From: Eledone cirrhosa
Taxonomy: Eukaryota
Length of the DNA: 64,000 nucleotides
Reading direction: 5' to 3'
Assembly (NCBI GenBank): GCA_964016885.1
Contig: OZ024741.1
Location: 154,690,001-154,754,000, forward strand
This document shows positions 53,290 to 63,770 of the stretch, in pieces. Position numbers and translations under genes: made by a program. Under the pieces are notes generated by a model. The model saw only the letters and a list, made by a program, of their open reading frames with translations. It made no database searches and was not told the origin of the DNA. Position 1 is the stretch's first letter. Each line of letters starts with the position of its first letter.

Positions 53290-53863
53290 ATAGTTTCTAC
53301 TTTTGGCACAAGGCCAGCAATTAACCAGTACATTACTGGTACTTTATGGATGAAAGGCAAAGTTAACTTCGGCGGGATTTGAACTCAGATCGTAAAGGGA
53401 CGTAACTATGCTGGAAAGCATGTCCAACCCTCTACTGATAATGCCAATTCTGATTTAGGCACAAGGCCACCAATTTGGGGAAAGGGGAAATTCAATTAAA
53501 TCGACCCCAGTGCATTATTGGTACTTTATTTTATTGACCCTGTAAGGATGAAAGGCAAAGCTAACCTTGGCGGGATTTGAGCTCAGAATGTAAAGGGTCG
53601 TAACTCTATGCCACGAAGCATGGTGTCTGACGCTTTACCGATACTACCAATCAACCACCCTAAACAGCTTCATAATTGTTTCTACTTTTGGCACAATGGC
53701 CAGCAATTACACAGTAGATTACTGGTACTTTATTTTATCGAGCTTGTAAGGATGAAACGCAAAGTTAACCTCGACGGGATTTGAACTCAGACCATAAAGG
53801 GCCGTAACTCTATGCTAAGAAGCAGGGGTCCGACGTTCTACTGAGTCTGCCAATCCATTGCCC
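53290..53863 (-). mobile_element. Three head-to-tail MetaSINE-type copies
   Basis: Repeated ggatgaaaggcaaagttaacc...gggatttgaactcag. Confidence 0.88.
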
Positions 53864-55868
53864 TGTAGTGCTCTCTAGACAGGAAGTAGCTGGAGTTACT
53901 TCCCATTGAGGTTGCAGAGCCTTCTTTGTGACTTCCGTCCAGGGAACTATAAAGGAGATAGCTGAAAGCTATCTCCCTCTCTTTTCACCTTTTGGCTGCT
54001 GGCCTTCGGACAGGCGTGTTCCGCCGAAGGTATACTCTCTCGCTTCCTGTCTGTGAAAAGGTAAACACCTAACTTTCTTTCGTCGTGAAATCACTAGCCA
54101 ACATGTAACACAACAACTTAACCATGGCCTGGCAACACTTCAGCCAGTGGACCATGTCTTCTGAATTCCTTAATTCGTTCTTTCATCTCTCTTGGCATGT
54201 CAACTATTCAGCTCTACTCAGCTCAATCTTCGTAAATAAATATTGTACATACAACCCAGTGTCCTGTTATAATTGGTGACCCCAAGAAAAAAATAATAGG
54301 ATCTGGTGTTGTGTGAATATGGAAAAAAGAAAATTAATTAGCAGAATTTCAAAAAAAGAAAAAATTCCTCTAACAACATTCCACATGGATTTTTTCTCAG
54401 AAACCGTCTACAACGAAAAATAATAGAATTAATCTTTTTCTCAGCAGCAAACAAACAAGAAAAAATTTTGCTCTTCACCTCACGATGTGTTTACATCGTT
54501 TAAATGTGTTTCACCCACTGGATATATCCTTCGTTCTCACAACGAATAATCAAAAAAAGACTTGGACTCCTGTATTCTTTCTTATATTCAACATACCAAT
54601 TTTGATGAACATCACAGCTCGCTTACTCATACAACTAAGCCTTTTTCGCTACTTTTTCATCACTTTCACAAAAAAATGGAACTCTCGCCATATTTGTTAT
54701 ACAAAGTGAATATAGCCTTTCCTTCTTTTTCATATCACGTTCACACACAAATTTTTCAAAATGGCTGCCAACGACCTGTTCCACTATCATTTTCTCGCAC
54801 AAAACAATATCTTTTTTATTCATCTTGACTTTAAGCTTCTTTCGGCACATGTGTGGGAGCACACATCTTGACTCACTGAGATAACACACGCCATAGATAA
54901 TGTTTCTTGCCAAGAATTCTCCAGCCTTAAACTATATTCTCCTATTTGCCGGTTTAAAAATTTACCACGTAAAGTTGCCGTTGAAAACTGCGCATTTATT
55001 CAGAATGCTTATTTCAATGGTCGCTGGCCTCTTGACCTTCCAGGTCAACGCGTTCTCAACATCGACCATCAACTTTGGCTGTTATTTCTAGCACTTTGCG
55101 CAACTCATTTTTTCTGGGAAATTTTTTACTGTGAATTGAAACAACTTCGAATAGGTTATCTAACTCCGCGAGACAACAACACAGCTTCATCTTTGCTTTA
55201 TCAACAACCAAAACCAGCAGAACAAAACACAGAGAATTTATTTTTCCAGCACTCTTCCTGTGAGAAAATCCCACCGCCTTCAGAGGTTGGGAATTTCATG
55301 TACCACAGTCCAGAAACCACCTGCATACATTCTCTTGGGGACACACTTGCTTTCCTGCTGTCATATGCTTACATACCTGTTAACTTTATTTTTGAACATT
55401 TGAACTTTTTTTTAATAACTATGTTCGAGCATGTTTCTTTGCTCCTTTGACCTCTTCTTTTAGGTTGATTACATTGTATCTTTGTGCGATGGATAGATAG
55501 ATGTCCAGTCATTCTCTGGCCAAGAGCGGTTGGCTACCTTGATATCTATCATTAATTTTTGCATTCTCATATTGCTATTTGCTTGCTCATGTTTTGTTCA
55601 TTCATGTTCTTATACCTTTTGCCTTGCTCCTCGTGTTCTTTCTACAATGATTTCATTTGGTCATTCGACTTTCTTTCATCATGAAATCACTAGCCAACAT
55701 GTAACACAACAACTTAACCACGGCCTGGCAACACTTCAGCCAGTGGACCGTGTCTTCTGAATTCCTTAATTCGTTCTTTCATCTCTCTTGGCATGTCAAC
55801 TATTCAGCTCTACTCAGCTCAATCTTCGTAAATAAATATTGTACACACAACCCAGTGTCGCTGTTATA
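53864..55868 (+). mobile_element. Non-autonomous Gypsy-like LTR element
   Basis: 5' LTR 53864-54271, PBS TGGTGACCCC (tRNA-Trp-like) at 54274, partial 3' LTR about 55668-55868, 4-bp TSD GCCC. Confidence 0.85.
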
Positions 55869-55874
55869 GCCCTA

Positions 55875-56360
55875 ATAACAGTAATAATAATTGTTTCTAC
55901 TTTTAGCACAAGGCCAGCTAATACCCCAGTGTATTAGTAATAATAATTTCTATTATAGGCACAAGGCCAGTAATTTTGGTAGTCAATTAAATCGACCCCA
56001 GTGCATTACTGGTACTTTATTTTATCGACCCTATAAGGATGAAAAGCAAAGCTAACCTTGTGGGATTTGAACTGAGAACGTAAAGTGCCGTAACTCTATG
56101 CTGTGAAACATGGTGTCCGACACTACCGATTCTGCCAATCCACTGCCCTAATGATATTGGTTTCTTATATAGGCACAAGGCCAGGAATTTTGGGGGAGGG
56201 GAAAATTGATTAAATCGAACTGGTACTTTATTTTATTGACCCCGTAAGGATGAAAGGCAAAGTTAACCTCGGCGGGATTTGAACTCAGATAGTAAAGGGC
56301 CATAACTCAATGCTGCAAAGTATGGCATCCGACCCTCTACCGATACTGCCAATCCACCGT
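55875..56360 (-). mobile_element. MetaSINE-type cluster
   Basis: Two near-complete copies and one tail. Confidence 0.85.
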
Positions 56361-56374
56361 GCTAATAATAATAT

Positions 56375-56605
56375 AAATGGGATATGCCAATACATACTGA
56401 CAGGGAGATCAAAGCCAACTGACCAGATATTATAGTAAAAAAACACAAAGGAAAACATGCCTTCTAATAGATGTTTAGAAGACAATATATCTTCCAAGGA
56501 AATAGAGAAACTCTCCAAATATAAAGATCTAGAGATAGAAATAACTCGAATGTGGAAAATGAAAACAGAAACAAAAACTATGATAATAAGTGCTCTATGA
56601 ATGAT
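56375..56605 (+). mobile_element. R4/Dong-clade LINE restriction-like endonuclease fragment
   Basis: WDMPIHTDREIKAN*PDIIV...KEIEKLSKYKDLEIEITRMWKM, next to (TAA)n. Confidence 0.85.
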
Positions 56606-56607
56606 AA

Positions 56608-56925
56608 AAAATAAATTAAGGACTGACTGCACAGGACAGTACAGTGTGGGTTTTTGCATGTACAAATGAGTATAAAACAAAAAATAGAAACAAAAGAAAA
56701 TTCCCCAATAGGGAGGAAACTTCCAAGGGTTACTTGTGGAGAAAGCCAAAGTCACCTTGATTGCCAAAGTAGGTACCCTCTCCCAGGTATCCTCCCTCAA
56801 TCTACAGGCACACACTCTGGCCATTCTTGTCTCTTTCACTCACCTTTCAACAAATTGCTTTGAAGGCAACACTTCCTTCTCCGCCCTGATTTTCCTCCTC
56901 AACTGAAACCTGAAGAAGTTGATGA
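56608..56925 (-). mobile_element. L1/Tx1 3' end
   Basis: Homologous to the ORF end and 3' UTR at 35540-35900. Confidence 0.8.
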
Positions 56926-57113
56926 TAATGGTTTCTGATTTTGGCACAGGTCAGCAATTTTTTGAGGAGAAAGTCAATTAAATCGATCCCAGTACGTTAG
57001 TGGTGCTTTATTTTATTGACCCCGTAAGGATGAAAGGCAAAGTTAACCTCGGTGGGATTTGAACTCAGAACGTAAAGGGCCATAATTCTGTCATAAAGCA
57101 TGTCTGATGCTAA

Positions 57114-57614
57114 TCTTAACTATAATAAAGAAAGAAGTGTGGGATTGCATCCAGAATATATTTTTTACCCAGTTTGTAAAATAAGTTGGATTACTTTGAA
57201 TAAATAATGAATGAATATTACATAATTTATGTGCTAAATTTCGTGGCTGTTGATTAAATATATTTTATAGCTTATTTAAATACCTTTAAAATTCACTTCT
57301 TTAAAATTTTCAAATGTCAACACTTCCGGTTAGCCGTCGTTATATTGTTATACTTATAATCGCATACATTTCCGTCGCTGATTTTCTCCTAATGCGGTTT
57401 ATATATAATATCGTCTTTTTTAAAATGTATCATGGATTACTTTACTGATTACAGAAGACAGTGTAACATAGACTTCGTTCAATTTCTGTGTATATTGTCA
57501 ATTACGATTTTATTTGATGTATCATATCTACATGTATATATATTTGTGTATAATATCAATATACACACTACACATGCTAGCAGAAAACCACCTGTAAGGT
57601 GGTTCTTCTGCTAG
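57114..57614 (+). mobile_element. Complete non-autonomous Helitron (~500 bp)
   Basis: A|TCTTAACTATAATAAAG ... ctagcagaaaaccacc-tgtaa-ggtggttcttctgCTAG|T; inserted at an AT dinucleotide. Confidence 0.9.
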
Positions 57615-58439
57615 TAACATTAATGATTATCAAATTAAATTTAGCTGATAACTTAAGCCGATATATTTGAGTGGCAGCTGTCAGTAATTTTATTTATTGT
57701 TGATATAAACTATAATTCCTCCTTCATTAAGGCAAATAACGTCAATCAAATAATGATTACTTTTTCCTCTTAGAACCAGACTAAATGTACTGTGTTGAAT
57801 TGTACTAGCTGGATTGGTGGGGCTGGGTTGCTTGACTAGGTTGGTGTAAGGCCAAATGTATTGGCTGGTCATCTGGCTAACATGGACTGGTTGATCTCGA
57901 TTGGGTTGGTTCGATTGGTATAAAACCAAATGTGCTAGATAGGGCTGGTCAGAGTTCCCTGGGTAAAAATAGTATGTGAAAAAAATGTTTAATTTACTAA
58001 ACCAACCCATATATAAAAATATAGCTTAACTTCTCATTAAATTGGTGTTTGGAATATAACTTAACAAAAGTTCTTACATAAAATTATAATTGTTTCTACT
58101 TTAGGCACAAGGCCAGCAAATACCCAGTGCATTACTGGTACTTTATTTTATCGACCCCGTAAGGATGAAAGGCAAAGTCAACCTCGGCAAGGTTTTTATA
58201 TAAATATAAACACTCTAACCCTTTCATTACCCTATTTCTAATAAAAGACACTGCATATGGTTGTCAAATAATTTTGAAAATGAGAGGGGATAGGCTTAAG
58301 GTGGAACATAGCTTAACAAATATTTTTACATAAAATTATGATGACAGATTTTTAGATAAATATAGATACTTTAAAATAAACAGTTTGAATTGTAGAACCA
58401 GAGGTGGTTTTAGGCAGTTTGGTATCAAAGGGATTAACA

Positions 58440-60026
58440 GTGTTTGCCCCAACTTCATGCATTTTGTCAAATGTCATGTTTATCTGTTCACATTATTTTC
58501 AGTTAACTTTGCCTTTCATCCTTACGGGGTCGATAAAATAAAGTACCAGTAATGTACCGGGTATTTGCTGGCCTTGTGCCTGTGCCAATAGTAGAAACAA
58601 CTATTTTCAGTTAATCGTACTCAAGAGGGTTATCAATTTTATTTGTTTGTAATTTTCTATGTGCAGGCTTGAAATTTTGTCAGTAGATGTTTAAATATCA
58701 ATAATTTACAATTATATAATTTTACCTGATGTTTTTGGTTAAATTTGACTTTTATGGGCAGGTAAAATTAATTACTAGGGGCATTTGAAGTATCAACCAG
58801 GTGCAAATACTGGTTTAATTTTAAATACGTTGTTTTGGGCATAATACTTGATATATAAGGATCACTAACCCTTATATCAGTGTTCCAGTAATTCCACAGT
58901 CTTGGAAATTGTTTTATACCGAACATAATATTTACGGTAAAAATGCTTGTATTTCCGCAGCATCTGTCGGTCGCCATAACAGATCGGGTTTTTCCTCGAT
59001 TTGAAATCTGTTGTTGGGCAATATCGATTAATCTCTTCTACTACAACTTCGAAGAAAGTTTGTGGTAAAAACAAAAAGAAATAATCCAGTGCTTTAGCAT
59101 CGAGAGCTAATGTGTGTTGTGGACCAGTATTTTGAATACAATCGGGAACATATATTGGTGTGGTATTTTTCAATCACGTTGCTGTAATATTTTCAATGGG
59201 GTCCTGGAGACCTCCTTCGTTTTCACTTTCAAAACAACAATCATCGTCGGATGAAATTTCAGAAATGTAAACATCTGATTCATTTGAAGATAAATCACTA
59301 ATATTATATTTTGTTTCTTGTTCATTTTGAATGTCGTCGTGTGTAAAATCTTCAAAGTCGGTATCGCTACTTTCATAAGCCATGTTAGTAATTTACGTTC
59401 GTAAACTAAACGATTCCCGAAAGTCAAAAAAAAAAAGACTTTATTAAAATTAATACAAATTACTGATAACAATTGAAAATGCTGCAAGTTATCAGTAATT
59501 TGTATTAATTTTAATAAAGTTTATTTTTTTTTTATTGACATTCGGGAATCGTTTAGTTTACGAACGTAAAATAGTAAATTACCGCCCCCATGTTGATACA
59601 AACAAAAAATGTTCTACTTTCAACGTTAAAAACACGTGTTATTTCAAGTTGTTTCACCATGTTAAGTGTTATTTTTCGCGGTAAGGACCTAATCTCGCAG
59701 TAATCTCGAATTAACGAGATTTTGATGACGGTATTGTTTAATTTTAGAACGATATTTTAGTGTGGGTGTTATCGGCCGGATTGAAGAAAGGAAGAGGAAA
59801 TAATTGTTTCTACTTTTGGCAGCAAATAATTCAGTGTATTACTGGTACTTTATTTTATCGACCCCGTAAGGATGAAAGGCAAAGTTAACCTCGGCGGGAT
59901 TTGAACTCAGAATGGCAAGGGCCGTAACTCTATGCGTCAAAGCATGGCGTCCGACCCTCTACCGATACTGCCAATCCACCGCCCTAGGAAGAGGAAATAA
60001 TTGCGGCCGGTTTGAACACTAAAGGG
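58440..60026 (-). mobile_element. piggyBac transposon 5' part (decayed transposase, acidic N-terminus) with nested SINEs
   Basis: MAYESSD.. acidic leader; ALDYFFLFLPQTFFEVVVEEINRY; IMFGIKQFPRLWNYW...YLHLVD; INMTFDKMHEVGANTV; SINE at 59800-59985 with TSD ggaagaggaaataattg. Confidence 0.85.
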
Positions 60027-60036
60027 AACTGCTGTC

Positions 60037-60260
60037 TTAACTCTTAACATTCTGTACCACATGAGACCACATTAGTAAAACATTCTTGAACAATACAAAA
60101 CAGAACTATGACTGCATCACATTAACAATTAAAGTCTTTATTGTAATAGTGCACATTTTCACAACAATCTATCCACTAGTAAAGATACTATAAACATTTG
60201 AATTAACAAACCTGTTTTTAGATATTTTATATTAAATAATTACAGGATGTCAAGAGTTAA
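60037..60260. mobile_element. piggyBac-type MITE, copy 1
   Basis: TTAA ctcttaacattctgta ... tacaggatgtcaagag TTAA. Confidence 0.85.
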
Positions 60261-60439
60261 TTCTAATTTAGCTCCTCCATACTCTGGAGGTAGGTATTTG
60301 GAAGTAGGTGAATACCAAATTCTTTTCCAAAAGCAGAATCAATAATTAAAGGAAAAAATCAATGAATTTTTCGAATAATTTTATTTTTAGTTTGCCTCGA
60401 GTGCAAATGTTGTCTGAAATGATTGAGAAAGTTTGTTTC

Positions 60440-60662
60440 TTAACTCTTAACATCCTGCAATGATGTAGCAGAAAATATCTAAAAGCTAGTTTGTTAATTC
60501 AAATGTTTATTGTATCTTTACTAGTGTAGAGATTGTTGTGATCATGTGCAGTATTAAAGTAAAGACTTTGCTATTTAATGTGATGCAGCCATAGTGCTGT
60601 TTTGTAGTTTTTAACAATGTCTTGCTGGTGCGTTTTTATGTAGTACAGGACATTAAGATTTA
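60440..60662. mobile_element. piggyBac-type MITE, copy 2 (inverted relative to copy 1)
   Basis: Reverse-complement similarity across its length. Confidence 0.8.
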
Positions 60663-61526
60663 TATTTGGAATTAACCCTCTTCGTATGAAACACCCTTAG
60701 GTTCTATCAATGTAATACTGTTTGTTTTAATATGTTTATATTTTTATCTGAAAACCTTCCATCATGTTATGAACAAAATTCACCCACCATAACCACCACT
60801 ACCACCTATACTCACTTCACTAACTCACCCTTATTCCCAACACCACCACTGCTCCCATCTCACCCCTACTACCTCCATGTACCCCATTTCTGTTTTTATC
60901 AACTAGTCAAACCATACAACATACAATGTGAGATAACATTGTGTATTGAAGAGAAATAATTGCAATAATTTGTTTATTTTTTATTTGTTTACATAAAAAA
61001 CAAAACAAAAAAAAAATCATACAAGCCATAGACATGTCTAACTGTATTTTTGGTGAATTGTGAAGGTTATATGGTGAGGAAGCCATGTCAGGTTATAGAA
61101 GGAAAAGAAAGAAAGACAAGATTTTAATGTTGAAGAAGTACATAGTTGTTGTATGTTTATGGTGTTGGTGTTTTGTTGCTGTTGTGGTGTTGAGGCATTA
61201 CACAGATGCTTGGCTATTGTATGTATATGTTATTGGTGCGGTGCTGTTGTTGGTGGTGTTGAGGCAATACATATATGTATGGTTGTGTATGTTTATGTTG
61301 TTGGTGTTGCTGTTGATGCAGCACATAGAATATGGTATTGCATTTATATGTTGTTGGTGGTGAAGCTGTGCAGTCTGTCAAAAAAAGGATCCAACTTTAT
61401 TTTTTCCCATGGGATGTAATGACACTAGGGAGACAAAATGTGTACAGTGAAGCCACATATGTTCATGCATGTGCATGGTTTTTGGCAAACTCGGTGGATG
61501 TGTTAATTGCTGTCAGGTAACCAGGG

Positions 61527-61721
61527 CAGACCTGCCAACCTCTAAAAACCCAAACAGGGAATACCATGAAAAAAAGTGCCCCCAAACGAAGAGAAATGAG
61601 GCAAACTGGGCAAATTTTACATAATGAAAGCTATACCCATTTTCACAAGAGAAGACATCTCTCACCTACCCCAAAATGGGTGGGCGATATCACCGTCCAA
61701 CGGGGAAAGTTGACAGGTTTG
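61527..61721. mobile_element. MITE with CAGACCTGCCAAC TIR and 6-bp direct flanks
   Basis: ccaggg|cagacctgccaac ... gttgacaggtttg|ccaggg. Confidence 0.75.
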
Positions 61722-61917
61722 CCAGGGACTGTACTACCTACTCATCACATTTTCATTTTGCCTACAATGATGTGTATGAATCATTTTTGCCAGCTGAGTC
61801 GACTGGAGTAACAGGAAATAAAGTGGGTGTTGCTCAAGAACACAATGCATCACTAGGAATCAAACTTACAACCTTATGATCATGATATAGATGTGTATAT
61901 TTTGGTGACATTATTTT

Positions 61918-62102
61918 CGGTGGATTGGCAGTATCGGTAGAGGGTCGGACGCCATGCTTTCCAGCATAGTTATGTCCCTTTGCGGTCTGAGTTCAAATCC
62001 CGCCGAGGTTAACTTTGCCTTTCATCCTTACGGGGTCGATAAAATAAAGTACCAGTAATGCACTGGGATAATTGCTGGCCTTGTGCCAAAACTAGAAACA
62101 AT
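61918..62102 (+). mobile_element. MetaSINE-type element
   Basis: Full consensus with A/B boxes. Confidence 0.9.
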
Positions 62103-62113
62103 TATTTTATTAC

Positions 62114-62273
62114 CTTAAATTCTACAACAGTAGCTCCTGCTTTGAAAATGTCTCCTGTTTCCTTTAGTGTAAAGTAAATATTGATTATTTCAACATCATG
62201 TAAGGAGTCTGTTTGGAAAACAACTGGATGTGAAATATTTTGAGAGGTTTGGCAATAGTCCAACTCTGTGGAG
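62114..62273 (-). CDS. Candidate internal coding exon of an unidentified host gene (160 nt, phase 2 to phase 0)
   Basis: Acceptor tatttccttttatttccttgcaaAG, donor AAG|GTaata; open frame STELDYCQTSQNISHPVVFQTDSLHDVEIINIYFTLKETGDIFKAGATVVEFK in non-repeat DNA. Confidence 0.5.
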
Positions 62274-62606
62274 CTTTGCAAGGAAATAAAAGGAAATACT
62301 GTTTAAAACAGAATTATATTGGAGAAATTGTTCTATTAACTGAAGCTGGACAAGTGTGTGTGTGTATATATATATATATGTATTTAAGTATATATATATA
62401 TATATAAATGTAATCTGAGTTTTTCGAATATTAATAATAACATTTGATTCGTTTGCAAGTATGCAAACAAGCCTCAATTTTATAGCCATGTCAGTAGAAT
62501 GAACCTTTCATTCTTGCTCTTGTGTTGGCATGTGAACAGAACTGCAGACACTAATGTTACTGGCTATCACCCTTCATCAGTACAGCTCACTGTCCACCTG
62601 CCAAAC

Positions 62607-62809
62607 TGTCAGAACTAGTGAAAATATATGCTATTTTCAAAAATACACAGTGACTGATCGGCCTGATTTGCATATTAGCACATTGGCTGATCAGTCAGAT
62701 CTGCATATTAGCAGATCCACTGATCAACCAGATTTGCATATCAGCAGACTGGTCAGTCAGTTTCCTGTATACGAGCAATAAATAGCATATATTTTCACTA
62801 GCTCTGACA
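62607..62809. mobile_element. TG...CA MITE-like element with 30-bp TIRs and three 33-bp internal repeats
   Basis: tgtcagaactagtgaaaatatatgctattt / aaatagcatatattttcactagctctgaca; repeats start at 62654, 62687 and 62720. Confidence 0.8.
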
Positions 62810-62842
62810 TTCATTGTATTCAGCCATGTAGAGTGAAAATTT

Positions 62843-62890
<48 letters not shown>

Positions 62891-62951
62891 ATTTAAGTAT
62901 ATATATATATATATATGAAAAGTGTAATTTTCTACACAAAGCGAAGGTTAT

Positions 62952-63654
62952 AGAGAAAATTGAGGTTGGTAATGGCACATGGAATATATAAGAGACAGAA
63001 TACTTTTTTGTGAAAAAACATAATTTTATAAGGTAAGGAAATAATAAAGGGTATAAAAAATGACCGGTTTCGATGGGTCTGCAAAAGCCATCTTTTCAAA
63101 TGTTGATTAATATTAAGAAAAATTAATAATACGAAGAGTTAAAATTTGAGACTTGAAAATTCAAGTATAAAATTCATTGTGGGATTTCATAGCAGTTTTC
63201 ATCAGTAAGTGCACTAAATCCCTTTCTATCACGCTCCACTCTCCTACCCATCACAGGAAGATATGTGTATGTATATTGCTTCCACCTCCTCACTGACCAG
63301 CAGCTGGCGATTGCTAAATCTGACCTTTATAAAATAACCCACACCCCAAATAACTTCTCATTCACTACCAGAAAGGGACACAGCAGTCAACCTGTTGTTG
63401 CTACCAAGATGAAAACTGCTATGAAATCCCACAATGAATTTTATACTTGAATTTTCAAGTCTCAAATTTTAACTCTTCGTATTATTAATTTTTCTTAATA
63501 TTAATCAACATTTGAAAAGATGGCTTTTGCAGACCCATCGAAACCGGTCATTTTTTATACCCTTTATTATTTCCTTACCTTATAAAATTATGTTTTTTCA
63601 CAAAAAAGTATTCTGTCTCTTATATATTCCATGTGCCATTACCAACCTCAATTT

Positions 63655-63659
<5 letters not shown>
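62952..63659. repeat. 252-bp inverted repeat with a 204-bp spacer in (TA)n context (inverted PLE pseudo-LTR-like)
   Basis: Arms 62952-63203 and 63408-63659; no mismatch found by eye. Confidence 0.95.
63506..63554 (+). ncRNA. Type I minimal hammerhead ribozyme, U3-A8 core variant (mirror copy on the minus strand at about 63057-63105)
   Basis: TTGAAAA-GATGG-(11-nt loop)-CCATC-GAAACCG-GTC with a weak stem I (aacat/atttt). Confidence 0.6.
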
Positions 63660-63711
<52 letters not shown>

Positions 63712-63770
63712 ATGAAATGACAGGAGGCTGGATTTGTGTAAATCCTTGAAAGGTTTATTATACTATGATC

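Noticed and set aside
60272-60289. 18-nt plus-strand micro-exon candidate between the inverted MITEs
   Set aside because: Weak polypyrimidine tract and opposite strand to the best exon; unsupported
61918-62010. tRNA-like A/B boxes as tRNA genes
   Set aside because: These are heads of a multi-copy SINE; no cloverleaf or anticodon arm evident
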